Shown: positions 35,357-44,331 of the stretch, in pieces
Numbering within the stretch: the first letter of the stretch is position 1
Layout: every line of letters begins with the position of its first letter
Assembly (NCBI GenBank): GCA_050248595.1
Contig: JBFWSB010000002.1
Location: 1-44,331 of the forward strand
Source of the DNA: Candidatus Kapaibacterium sp.
GTDB lineage: Bacteria > Bacteroidota > Ignavibacteria > OLB7
Direction of reading: 5' to 3'
Length of the DNA stretch: 44,331 nucleotides
The notes under the pieces: generated by a model
Told to the model about the DNA's origin: nothing
Seen by the model: only the letters and a program-made list of their open reading frames with translations
Databases searched by the model: none
Made by a program: the position numbers and the translations under genes

Positions 35357-35800
35357 ATGGCACGCGCACCATTTCAAGTTCTGGTTCTTCCGTTTCGTGA
35401 TACGCCCGAGGGTCTTCGCTATGGATTGCTGAAGCGGAGTGATGGAGGTTACTGGCAAGGGATTGCTGGCGGAGGAGAAGGAGATGAACGTCCAGAGGAG
35501 ACGGCGCGGCGTGAGGCATCTGAAGAGGGAGGCCTTTCAGTAGAATCTCAGATCATCCCGCTCGACACGATCACTTCCATACCAGTGATGCACTTCCCAG
35601 AACATAGCCTGTGGGGATCGGACACCTACGTTATTCCGGAGTACACATTCGGGGTCGAGTGCAACACCGACCACTTTGAGTTATCAGAAGAGCACACCGA
35701 ATATTGCTGGCTCCCCTACAGTGAAGCCTTATCGCTCCTCCACTACGACAGCAACAAGACTGCCCTCTGGGAACTGAACTCACGACTACTGAGGCGATAG
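35357..35800 (+). CDS. NUDIX hydrolase
   Basis: 147 aa. A complete Nudix box (G-x5-E-x7-REUxEExGU) is present: GGGEGDERPEETARREASEEGGL. It starts 2 nt after the preceding stop. Confidence 0.85.
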   Translation: MARAPFQVLVLPFRDTPEGLRYGLLKRSDGGYWQGIAGGGEGDERPEETARREASEEGGLSVESQIIPLDTITSIPVMHFPEHSLWGSDTYVIPEYTFGVECNTDHFELSEEHTEYCWLPYSEALSLLHYDSNKTALWELNSRLLRR

Positions 35801-36296
35801 AAGGTTCTCTGCATAGAACCGATCCCCTTCTACCTCCACGGGAATCTTTGCACACACCACGTTGTTTCCTCGGAACAATAGTTTCGAAGAGAAAAAATCC
35901 GATCATCTGGCCAATCCTCGGCTCGGCACTGCTGACAGTGATCTTCGGTTAATTAATCGAAGGCGAGCGCAAACGTGGCCACTGATATTCCTATACCAAA
36001 CAAGAGTAAGGAAGATGTATTGTCGAATTGAAAGGAGTGTATTCTCTTCTGTCACTCCCCTCGCTCGGGATCGGGAGAGGAGCTGGGGGAGAGGGCGAAG
36101 AAAGGAAACATACCTCTTCGCAAATTGAATTCGGTATTAGAAACCTCAAAAGAGAAGAAGAGGATTGAGAGGTTAGAACTAAACACTTTTCTTTTTTTTT
36201 TAGAAAAGCACCCTGTTCAATGGTGAGAGTTTCGATAACTTAAGTGCCTCAAGAAAATCTTGAGTCTAAAAAATGTTCACTTAACACTCATTGACT

Positions 36297-37217
36297 ATGA
36301 TGTATAGGGCACAAAGTGCGCGGAAAGATCGCATCTACCGAACAACACAAAGCAGTCTGTTAGCAATCTTTTTCTCAATAGCAATCAGCACAACCCAAGG
36401 GAACGCACAAGACATTGTTGACGGCTTTACGCGGGGAGCTGGAAACACGGACATTGCAATCAGCCTGATGAGCGAAAGCTACGACCAATTCTGGGTTGGC
36501 CAAGAAGAGATGGATCTCCCCCCACCTCTCGGAACAATCAGCACAACCAGCATTAACCTTTTCGTTGCCCACGGGATAACGAACGACATCGACCTCATCG
36601 CTTCCCTCCCCTATATCTCCTCGGCAGCAGATGGTGACGGTTCAGGACCACCTGACCAAGCAGATTATCAAGATGGAACACTCATGTTGAAGTGGCGTCC
36701 GTGGCACGAGACAATTGGTGAGTCAGCCTCATTTGATTTGACAACAGCCGTCGGTATCCGAGGCCCTCTCACCGACTATGTTGTGAACGCTCCTGTAGCT
36801 ATTGGCCACGGCTCAACAAACGTAGAGCTACGTGCTGTCGGACTTTTCCGACTTCAGAGTGGTCCGTTTGCCTCCGTATCACTCGGCTACAGTCGGCGAG
36901 ATGGCATCGTTCCAGATGCAGCAATCAGTGGACTTCGTCTCGGCTACACGACCGATAAAATCTATGCAGAAGGATGGCTCTTCAACGAGAAAAGTCAAGG
37001 AGGAACAACAATTGGCGAAGGCATTCCCTTCCAGTCGAACGGTGTGGATTATATGCGGGCTGGCGTTAAGGGAGCCTATTCAATTACTGACTGGCTTGGT
37101 ATATCAGTTGGAGGTTGGACAACACTTGACGGAAAAAATGTTGGGAAAGCAACAGGGTTTGGAGGTGGAGTTATCCTACAAATGGATGAGCTTCACCGAG
37201 CAATCATCGGTAATTGA
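36297..37217 (+). CDS. Putative outer-membrane beta-barrel protein (MetA-pathway/transporter-like)
   Basis: The track start is TTG 36291; the first ATG is at 36297. It has a signal-like segment (LLAIFFSIAISTTQGNAQ) and alternating-hydrophobic strands throughout. There is no terminal aromatic residue, so the barrel call is tentative. Confidence 0.55.
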   Translation: MMYRAQSARKDRIYRTTQSSLLAIFFSIAISTTQGNAQDIVDGFTRGAGNTDIAISLMSESYDQFWVGQEEMDLPPPLGTISTTSINLFVAHGITNDIDLIASLPYISSAADGDGSGPPDQADYQDGTLMLKWRPWHETIGESASFDLTTAVGIRGPLTDYVVNAPVAIGHGSTNVELRAVGLFRLQSGPFASVSLGYSRRDGIVPDAAISGLRLGYTTDKIYAEGWLFNEKSQGGTTIGEGIPFQSNGVDYMRAGVKGAYSITDWLGISVGGWTTLDGKNVGKATGFGGGVILQMDELHRAIIGN

Positions 37218-37266
37218 GCCAGACTTCACTCTCTGATCAGCAGGGAGTGAAGCAAGATAGATAAGA

Positions 37267-37310
37267 GAAAGGAGAAGAGGTGCAGACTGAACTGCACCTC
37301 TTCTCCTTTC
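37267..37310. terminator. Bidirectional terminator hairpin between convergent genes
   Basis: gaaaggagaagaggtgcag / ctgcacctcttctcctttc form a 19-bp perfect stem with loop actgaa. It sits between the stops at 37217 (+) and 37341 (-). Confidence 0.8.
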
Positions 37311-37340
37311 AACATAAACGCTCTTCACTTACTCCTCTGC

Positions 37341-38738
37341 TTAGCTTCCCCAATCGATACTCTGCACAACCTGACCTCCCACCTTTTTACCCTGATCGAC
37401 TCCGTTATCAATTGCTGCACGGTAGTGAATCCCACCGTATAGACGTGAGATAGCAGCTTCGTCGGCAGCCTCGTAGAACGAGGTATATGCGCGGGCTGCG
37501 TATCCTAATTGATCGTGTGTATGGTCAGTAAAGGAGAAGTTATTACCGAAAAGACTTGTCAATACCTCAGCCGATGCTCCCGACTGCACGGAGTGTCCTG
37601 AAGTATACTCTGGGAAGGGAGGTGTGTTTACCGGAAGGTTATTGTAGTCGTATGCTGGGTCGATGACGTTAACGATGTATGTGATCGGTCGCAACAGATT
37701 ATACCGATACTTCGATTCCCAGCAGGCAATAAAGGCGTCGGCAACAGCAATGCCAACCTGCGCATAGGCTACAGCTGCAAAGTCAAGTTGCTTGTTGGTC
37801 TGCTCAATACATTGCGTTAAAATAGAGATAGAGTGTCCCGGTGGCGTACAAGTCTGCCCCGGATCATCTGCCCAGTATAAAGCAATATCTCTTTGCGCTT
37901 CGGTAAGATTGGAGATCGTTGTGTAGACCTCGTTCGCTTCCGCATAAAATGCAGAGCTTGGATCTTCAGAAAATGCTGGTGGAGCACCAGGCTCACTTGC
38001 TTCGTTTGGATTGGTAGGGTTTAGTATAAATGGGCGATTTGCTCCCCAGTATGGCTGCAATGCTGGCTGAGGATCTCCTCCACGTCGTGGCGTTGGCACC
38101 CAGAGACCAGGGCCTGAAGGGGGAGTGTAGGTCGTCGGGAAGTTTGTCTTATACCCCTCGTGGCCACCATCAGTTTTCGACCATTCGAAGATCGCATCAG
38201 CAACTGACTTGCCGTAGGCAACAGAACGGTCAATAACATCCCCTTCAACATCAGCAAGAAACTCCGATACGAACTGATCTTCGAGCGCGGTAATTTTCCC
38301 ACTCATCTCAGTAGTTGCATTTGCATATAGCAGGCTGGTGATTCTGGCAAGTGCTGCGTTTGCAACGGTAGGCCAATGATATTCCACTCCATCTTCTACC
38401 TTCGGCAAAGCATCGGTAGCAAGACCATTCAACTGTCCTTCCAACGTTTTCCGGTTCGGCATCCCACTGAGGAGTGCTTGATAGAGAGTAACACCACTGT
38501 AGCCAAAGGCGCGCGAAGCTACTGGAGGAGAGAAACCAGGGGTTTTCTGTACAAGTTCAAGCTGAAGCTGAAACCACGCATTTGGCACTGCTGCACTATA
38601 GGTAGAAGCATTGTTCCCTGCCGGTTCAATTGGAGTGCTTTCGCTACAAGAGGAAAGAATTCCTGCCACTGACAGCAATGAGAGTGAAAGCACCAAGCTG
38701 AATGCTCGACGCAAAAGAATCTGACGCAAATGTTTCAT
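37341..38738 (-). CDS. Vanadium-dependent haloperoxidase-like / PAP2-superfamily lipoprotein
   Basis: All three PAP2 acid-phosphatase/V-haloperoxidase motifs are present in order: KYRYNLLRP (K-x6-RP), YTSGHS (PSGH-like) and SRLYGGIHYRAAID (SR-x5-H-x3-D). I prefer ATG 38738 (MKHLRQILL...LLSVAGILSSCSES, with a lipobox) over the track start at 38786. Confidence 0.8.
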   Translation of the reverse strand: MKHLRQILLRRAFSLVLSLSLLSVAGILSSCSESTPIEPAGNNASTYSAAVPNAWFQLQLELVQKTPGFSPPVASRAFGYSGVTLYQALLSGMPNRKTLEGQLNGLATDALPKVEDGVEYHWPTVANAALARITSLLYANATTEMSGKITALEDQFVSEFLADVEGDVIDRSVAYGKSVADAIFEWSKTDGGHEGYKTNFPTTYTPPSGPGLWVPTPRRGGDPQPALQPYWGANRPFILNPTNPNEASEPGAPPAFSEDPSSAFYAEANEVYTTISNLTEAQRDIALYWADDPGQTCTPPGHSISILTQCIEQTNKQLDFAAVAYAQVGIAVADAFIACWESKYRYNLLRPITYIVNVIDPAYDYNNLPVNTPPFPEYTSGHSVQSGASAEVLTSLFGNNFSFTDHTHDQLGYAARAYTSFYEAADEAAISRLYGGIHYRAAIDNGVDQGKKVGGQVVQSIDWGS

Positions 38739-38884
38739 AAATGAGTTTTCAATCATGTGTGAATAAAGAACAAACAGATGATTCACTTTCCTTTAGAAGT
38801 AAAAGGAAACAGAAGAAAAATGAATGACCCTCGTAAAGAACTCGTAAGATACGAGTCAGTTACTATGTCTGTGTAATATTTTTT

Positions 38885-41800
38885 TCATATCTCAACTGTA
38901 TCGGCGTAGACCAACCGCCGCCGTAGCTCGGTTGTCTCCCCTACCATCACGCTATCTTTATCATCTCCTTCCTCCCACATCGCCTTCAATCCTCCATCTC
39001 CAATCAACACTTCATATTCCCGAATAACCAAGCGCATCGGCTGCGAACCGCGAGCAACTGGAAGCTCCACTTCCCCGGCCCAGAGTCCGTCCCAAAGCTT
39101 TTTGCCGAGTCCACCAATTCGATCAAGTCCGACAGTATCGGAATCATCGGCTGGTATCCACTCCAAGTCTCCATCTGGGCCAGTCGCGGTCTCTACCGTT
39201 ACCTCCACCTCGCTCGGGAACTGCCCGGCAGCATTGGCGCGGTAGGCAAGTCCTGTCACGGTCACGCGAACTTTCTGCGCATTAGATGGATCGAAGGTCA
39301 CGGTTGCCGAACGATCAGGCGCGATCTGAATATAGTCCGCCATCACAATGCGGGAGAGGTGGGCGTCGATCACCGACTTCGGATGGTAGCGAGCCAAGGC
39401 TAAACGAATGAAGGGATAGTATGCCTCGTGCGGATCGATCTCAATGTCGCAGAACCAGAGGCGACGATCACTATCGTAGCCAACTTCATAGGCGGCAACG
39501 GCAACAAACTCATCCCCTTTCTGCGATGGGAACTCTTCCATCGAAAGTCCTGTGTCGGTTGCAGCAGGATTCAAGAAGTCATCCACCTTCGGATGTGAGC
39601 GCAGCTTCCCAGCAAGCCAGAGCGGATCGGCTCCCCACTGCGTAACGTAGGGAATCAACTTGTCCGGAATCACCGTCTCGGAAACCAAATCAGTTGCGCC
39701 AACTAAGCCAATTCCTCCAGAACCTACCGGCTTGCTCTTGATGTCAGTCTTCACGGCATACTTGCCAGCACCTCCGCCAGTAGAAGTCTTCCCACTTGTC
39801 GAAGTTTTCTTTCCTCCCGGACTTGGCCAGACGACAACGCCGAGAAGTTCTCCATCACCAGATGAGTACCACGGGCGTTCCATCCAGACTCGCAGACCAC
39901 TAACCCGCTTGCTGATAATCTCATCTCCCCCCTCTTGTTTCTCCCACCCATAGGAAGGAATCACGTAGAGAATTTTTGGAGCTTCTGGACGGGCTGAGTT
40001 CAGTATATCGAGTTCTACTGTCTCACCCGTTCTCGTGAGAAGTGCCTTCGACGTATCCTGTTCATCGGAACGCTGGTCGTCCAAATCATCATACTTCGGA
40101 TCCACTTTCGGAATCACGTCGAGGAAGTATTCGCGGAACCGACTTGTGGAGACCGAGCGGTAGGTGACACGACGGTACTTTGTGTCACCGAAATCGTGAC
40201 GACGGCGTTCATCTGGCTTTGCAGCCAAGTCATAGTTGAGTGCATACTTTCTAACTCCACCATCCTTCACTATTGACTTCGAAGTTGAAGCCTGCACTGT
40301 CTTCTTCCGCGTGGAGAGTGAGGTCATCTGCTCAGCCATCGAAGGTGTGTTCTGCACCTTATAGGAAGTCAATGTTTTTGCTCCACCGATCATACTGAGA
40401 GATTGCTTCCCAACCATTTTCTTCAACAGCTTGTCGCTCGACTTCATTTCAGGGGGTGTCGGGAATTGTACAGCCGCATCGTCGAAGTCTACACTGTCGG
40501 AGAAAGCAACGTTCTTCTTCTCGATATACTTCGGTCCTGGAAGCGAAACGTTGTCGATCGGTTCAGTCCAGACGGCATAGGTATCAACCTTGGATGAACT
40601 TTTGCCGTGGACGCTGATCTTCCCACTTAACATTGCGAACGTATCGCCGAGACTCTTCTCCGCCTTTAGTTGCTGAACTACTGGCTCTTCCAGCGGTTGC
40701 TGCGTTACGTGAATCAGCGTCAAGCCACGATAGGGAGTTAATGCCCAGTTCAATCCGTTGGCCGCCTTCGTCTGGTCTGGAACACCTTTCTCTTGCAGCC
40801 AGTCCCAGATTGCCATCTTCTGAAGATCATTCGCATCGAGATATGAACTGTAGAGCGCCTTGGAAAGCTCTGCTTTGGGAAGCTTCACCACTACAACTTT
40901 CACTCCCCCTTCGGTGATCTCCTCCGGCGCACCATTCCCTTCGATAAGCCGCAGAATAAACGGCTCTAAGTCAGGCCAATTAGTAAAGGGGCCGTAGTCA
41001 ACTTTTCGGATAGTTCCGTCGGCCATACCGGGCAATCCTCGGAACGTTGTGCCCCGCGCCATATCGGGAAGCCAGGGGACACCGATGTTCTGCTCCGGTC
41101 GTACAGCCTTCGCCGCCAGTGCTGCGTTGAACGGAGTGAAGAAAGCGTCGTTGTTGATGATTGTGTTGTACTGCGAAGGCATCGGCAGTCCGGTATTCGG
41201 ATCGTCGAACATCCCATGCTCCTCGGCCATCCGCTGCACTTGGCGTGCTGGAACAACGTGACGGTCTGCCGGATAGGCTGCGTAGTCAGGTATTGGAAAG
41301 ATCGTCGCGTAGTCGGCAGCAGTCGTGTTGAAGTTGCTTCGGACAACGAGATGTTCCACTGATTCTCCCGGCTTGATGCCAGTCTTTGGAACTAAGAATG
41401 GTGTTGGGATCGGCTCGAAACGAGTGTAGTTCAATTCACTCGTAGCGTTTGTTGTTGAGTTCCCCGCCTCCTCTAAGGTCAAACCATTTCCCGCAAGATC
41501 GGCTGCCCGAAGTCGCATCCGATAGCCGAGGCCGTACCGAAGTCGAGGGAGCGTTCCAGGCTGCACTTTGAAGTTCGTTGCTAAACCGTAATCGGTCTCT
41601 GAAGTATTCGGGTTGTCGTTCCACGTATCGTCTAACGACTCATCCTCTGGCTGAATGATCTTCTTTCCCGGCTGCGGTGCAACCTTACTCCACCCATTCC
41701 ACGAGGTCAACGTCTCGGCTACATACCAACTCTTCTGCAACTCTTCAATCTCTTGATCTGCCGCCGAGGAAGCCCCTACTTCTACCCACCCTTCATCATC

Positions 41801-43441
41801 GTAGTTTCTCGTCTCGTTAGTCCGCTCGAAGAAATACGATCCCTTCCTCTTGCAGAGTGAACGCCACTGGCCAGAAGCGGAATCACGAATGTCGACCCGG
41901 TAGCCTTTCACCAAATCATCCATGTAGAGGATTAAGTTGTCATCATTCCCCGGAGCAGCTATCGCGTTCAGATCCTTCGCATACGCCATCTTCGCAACCA
42001 GATACTGTGCCTGGTTAGTCTTCACCAGTGAGATACCGGCTGTCCGAAGTGCTGGCAGACTTGCCGTCTCCACCACAACCTGCTTCGATGCGAACTCTGA
42101 CGGTGTCACCTGCGAGACAGCAACCGGATCAATCCCGGCAAGACGTTCTGACTTTAGATCGGGGGGAGTGAAGTGGCGCAGCGTGTTTGCGAGTGACATC
42201 ATCTTCATTGCCGCGCCATCAATGTCGAGGTGGGAAAGTTTGTACTTAGATCCACTCAGGTCGAACATCCCATCCTTAATATCCGATCCATTTTTCGGGC
42301 GCGCTCGGAAAAGCTTTGTTCCAGCGTTGAGATCAAACTTCGTCTTCGGTCTAACAAGTTCTGTCGAGACAGATCCGTTCCAGAGATTCCCAACAACGAA
42401 GGGAGCATCTTTAGTCACTGGGAAGAACCTGATCGTATCACTACCGGCAGCAGCAGCGGCTGGCACTTCAAAGTCAAGCACCAAACCAATCCGGCGCATA
42501 ACCTCAGGATAGTTCGAAAGCGAAGCACAGGCTTCGTGAAAGTCGAACGATGGGATGGCAACTGCCGTAAAGTGTGCTTGCTTCGGACGGTGAAAGAAGG
42601 TCACTTGGAGAAAATCCTTCGTCGGCTCGGCCGCCGCCAGAGAGTTTACCGCCTTCGCACTATTCAACTCACTGTAGATACTCTCAAGCGCACTGATCGT
42701 TGTCGCCTTGAACTGCAATGTCGCCTCCTGCACTAAGTGCTGTAGGTCGAGCATAGCTGTAGCCTGAAGTGCTGTAGGAACCTTGTTGAGAACAGCGTTG
42801 AGTTGTGGGTGAATCTTATCTGTTTGCAGCCGGGAGTGTGGTTCATTTGTTGATTTATTCCACTTGGTAGTCTTCGATAAATCAGAGTTCATCCGAACTC
42901 TCTCCATCGACTGTTTCGAGGCCGCAATCTTTAATCCATCGCTGTTGTAGGTGTAGTTCTTCGGCTCTGGAGAATCAGTGTCGGGAGCCAAATAGAACAT
43001 AATTGGCTCCAACTTCTTGGCCACTTCTATCGAAGTCGGGAAGGCAGTCTGATTCGGAAAGATAATGTCCTGATACTGCGCTTTGATCCACCCCTCCACA
43101 TTTGTGTATGGATAGGAGCGAATGAATTTGCTCGTTGTATCGCTAAACTCAAAAGAGTCTACTTTACCGTTGTCGGTGAACATGGCCTTCCAGAGTGGTG
43201 ACTCCAGCGGCTGGCCAACCTGCGTTGCCGCAACCGGAGCTCCATTCCCGAACTGAACGGCAAAGCTCATCTGATTGAGTGCCGCAGGCCAATCACGAAA
43301 GTCATCGAAGAGTGCGAGCGTCGGATTCGCCTGATTCGAAATAAGGCGTGGCGAAACGAAGACCGAAAACCGCAGCTTCGACGGATCGTCCGGACTATAT
43401 CCGTTCGGTAGGACTGTGAAGATTATCTTCTGTTGTTGCAT
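38885..43441 (-). CDS. Giant (1518 aa) protein of unknown function with no signal peptide, TM segment or T9SS CTD
   Basis: It is a single uninterrupted ORF, and the only long ORFs on the other strand are clearly shadows. The N-terminus MQQQKIIFTVLPNGYSPDD is hydrophilic. By eye I found no Walker A, HExxH, Cys/His peptidase or other catalytic signature. A G/S/T/K low-complexity insert spans aa ~1206-1248. Confidence 0.85.
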   Translation of the reverse strand: MQQQKIIFTVLPNGYSPDDPSKLRFSVFVSPRLISNQANPTLALFDDFRDWPAALNQMSFAVQFGNGAPVAATQVGQPLESPLWKAMFTDNGKVDSFEFSDTTSKFIRSYPYTNVEGWIKAQYQDIIFPNQTAFPTSIEVAKKLEPIMFYLAPDTDSPEPKNYTYNSDGLKIAASKQSMERVRMNSDLSKTTKWNKSTNEPHSRLQTDKIHPQLNAVLNKVPTALQATAMLDLQHLVQEATLQFKATTISALESIYSELNSAKAVNSLAAAEPTKDFLQVTFFHRPKQAHFTAVAIPSFDFHEACASLSNYPEVMRRIGLVLDFEVPAAAAAGSDTIRFFPVTKDAPFVVGNLWNGSVSTELVRPKTKFDLNAGTKLFRARPKNGSDIKDGMFDLSGSKYKLSHLDIDGAAMKMMSLANTLRHFTPPDLKSERLAGIDPVAVSQVTPSEFASKQVVVETASLPALRTAGISLVKTNQAQYLVAKMAYAKDLNAIAAPGNDDNLILYMDDLVKGYRVDIRDSASGQWRSLCKRKGSYFFERTNETRNYDDEGWVEVGASSAADQEIEELQKSWYVAETLTSWNGWSKVAPQPGKKIIQPEDESLDDTWNDNPNTSETDYGLATNFKVQPGTLPRLRYGLGYRMRLRAADLAGNGLTLEEAGNSTTNATSELNYTRFEPIPTPFLVPKTGIKPGESVEHLVVRSNFNTTAADYATIFPIPDYAAYPADRHVVPARQVQRMAEEHGMFDDPNTGLPMPSQYNTIINNDAFFTPFNAALAAKAVRPEQNIGVPWLPDMARGTTFRGLPGMADGTIRKVDYGPFTNWPDLEPFILRLIEGNGAPEEITEGGVKVVVVKLPKAELSKALYSSYLDANDLQKMAIWDWLQEKGVPDQTKAANGLNWALTPYRGLTLIHVTQQPLEEPVVQQLKAEKSLGDTFAMLSGKISVHGKSSSKVDTYAVWTEPIDNVSLPGPKYIEKKNVAFSDSVDFDDAAVQFPTPPEMKSSDKLLKKMVGKQSLSMIGGAKTLTSYKVQNTPSMAEQMTSLSTRKKTVQASTSKSIVKDGGVRKYALNYDLAAKPDERRRHDFGDTKYRRVTYRSVSTSRFREYFLDVIPKVDPKYDDLDDQRSDEQDTSKALLTRTGETVELDILNSARPEAPKILYVIPSYGWEKQEGGDEIISKRVSGLRVWMERPWYSSGDGELLGVVVWPSPGGKKTSTSGKTSTGGGAGKYAVKTDIKSKPVGSGGIGLVGATDLVSETVIPDKLIPYVTQWGADPLWLAGKLRSHPKVDDFLNPAATDTGLSMEEFPSQKGDEFVAVAAYEVGYDSDRRLWFCDIEIDPHEAYYPFIRLALARYHPKSVIDAHLSRIVMADYIQIAPDRSATVTFDPSNAQKVRVTVTGLAYRANAAGQFPSEVEVTVETATGPDGDLEWIPADDSDTVGLDRIGGLGKKLWDGLWAGEVELPVARGSQPMRLVIREYEVLIGDGGLKAMWEEGDDKDSVMVGETTELRRRLVYADTVEI

Positions 43442-43521
43442 AATATATACTCCTGAAGCAGTCAGCTTTTAGCCTTCAGCTATCAGTGGTGAACTGTCAA
43501 CAGTTATTCTAATTAGGAACA

Positions 43522-43541
43522 GGTGCAAAAGTTTTTGCACC
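43522..43541 (-). terminator. Small hairpin between the two giant-module genes
   Basis: ggtgcaaaa-gt-ttttgcacc forms a 9-bp stem within the 142-bp gap. It is weak for a full terminator and may only attenuate. Confidence 0.35.
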
Positions 43542-43583
43542 CTACGCACTCACAAACTCATTCACTCTCTTACTCTACTCACT

Positions 43584-44331
43584 CTATCCAAACGCCGCGC
43601 AATACTCATCCCAGTTACTCTGCGACATCAAGTCAATAAAGAGAGGATCGTTCTCCGATCCCTTGAAGCGCCGTTCAATTGTCTTCGAGAAGGAAATTGA
43701 GAAGAAGAGAACTTCCACTTCAAAGGTCAACGTTGCTTGGCCGATAACTTTTCCACCCGGCTCTTTGTAAGTCAAGCTTAAGTAAAGATCGATGGAGATG
43801 CTGACGATACCGAGAACTGAGAGATGTCCTCCAAGCTTCAGATACCCCTCAAGGATCACCTCCTCACCCATCTTCTTGTAGTAGACACCTGCCTTCACGT
43901 AGACCCCACCACTGGCAACGCCCACATCAAAAGCAATCTGCGCTCCGAACTCGAGCGCAGCCTCGAAGCCAATCTCTTTCGTTGAGATAATCAGTCCGAA
44001 GAATCCACCACCACCCAACATCGACACTGTCAGGACAAATGGATTCTCCCTCGTGCAGAAGAGGAAGGTGAAGGTAAGTGGCGAGTTCGTGAAGGGAAGT
44101 TCCAACGACGCGCCGAGACTGATGTTCTGCAAGCTGAAGACACCAACTGCAATGCTCGGAATTGGGAAGGTGAACCCGGCGATGATACCGGTTGGGGTAA
44201 CGTCGAGACTTGGCGGATCACTGAACCCGTCGAATGGAATGAACTCCCGGATTTTCTCCACAAATGCAAGTGGTCCGTGGAATGTGATGCCTGTATCGGG
44301 ATCGAACTCTACGTTTACCTCTACCTTCGAG
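43584..44331 (-). CDS. C-terminal part of a larger protein of unknown function (5' end lies beyond the window)
   Basis: The track calls GTG 44261 as the start, but the frame stays open to the window edge (..SKVEVNVEFDPDTGITFHGPLAF-VEKIREF..). The visible 248 aa contain three ~20-aa hydrophobic, Gly-rich segments: IIAGFTFPIPSIAVGVFSL, FVLTVSMLGGGGFFGLIIS and LGGHLSVLGIVSISIDLYLSL. Confidence 0.75.
   Translation of the reverse strand, partial: SKVEVNVEFDPDTGITFHGPLAFVEKIREFIPFDGFSDPPSLDVTPTGIIAGFTFPIPSIAVGVFSLQNISLGASLELPFTNSPLTFTFLFCTRENPFVLTVSMLGGGGFFGLIISTKEIGFEAALEFGAQIAFDVGVASGGVYVKAGVYYKKMGEEVILEGYLKLGGHLSVLGIVSISIDLYLSLTYKEPGGKVIGQATLTFEVEVLFFSISFSKTIERRFKGSENDPLFIDLMSQSNWDEYCAAFG

Noticed and set aside
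35801-36290. The long intergenic region as a hidden ncRNA or riboswitch
   Set aside because: It contains only short weak hairpins (ggttct/agaacc, cttcg/cgaag) and a low-complexity G/A-rich stretch. I can recognise no conserved RNA motif.
41937-42736. Plus-strand ORFs of 191 and 168 aa inside the giant gene
   Set aside because: They are shadow ORFs of the continuous 1518-aa minus-strand frame. They are Arg/Ser-rich and overlap each other.

Overview
This is a 44.3-kb chromosomal segment with no rRNA, tRNA, CRISPR array, transposase or integrase that I can see. Seven large proteins end in a type IX secretion (T9SS) C-terminal sorting domain, so the organism is most likely in the FCB superphylum (Bacteroidota, Ignavibacteriota or Rhodothermota-like). 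All family calls below come from motifs read by eye in the supplied translations; no searches were run.

Gene content, left to right:
- a GT-C-like membrane protein
- sbcD with no adjacent sbcC, followed by a perfect 55-bp direct repeat pair
- a T9SS arylsulfotransferase-like propeller
- a heavy-metal efflux locus: a small Cys/His/Asp-rich pre-protein, a single ORF fusing the CzcA RND pump to a CzcC/TolC-like outer-membrane factor, and CzcB
- a 1549-aa T9SS cargo with two tandem papain-like Cys/His modules
- a BNR/Asp-box T9SS protein
- arfB, an endonuclease III-like gene and a crotonase
- a two-gene envelope operon divergent from an ECF sigma/anti-sigma pair
- four tandem PQQ-type (HHIP-like) sugar dehydrogenase paralogs, interrupted by a DinB-family gene
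- PPC/DUF296, a lipoprotein, a NUDIX hydrolase and a putative outer-membrane barrel
- a vanadium-haloperoxidase-like PAP2 lipoprotein
- at the right edge, a two-gene module of very large proteins with no motif I recognise (1518 aa, plus a partner that runs off the window)

Best candidates for something undescribed:
1. the giant two-gene module at 38885-44331
2. the tandem-peptidase T9SS cargo at 12111-16760
3. the CzcA-CzcC single-polypeptide fusion
4. the PQQ-dehydrogenase paralog array
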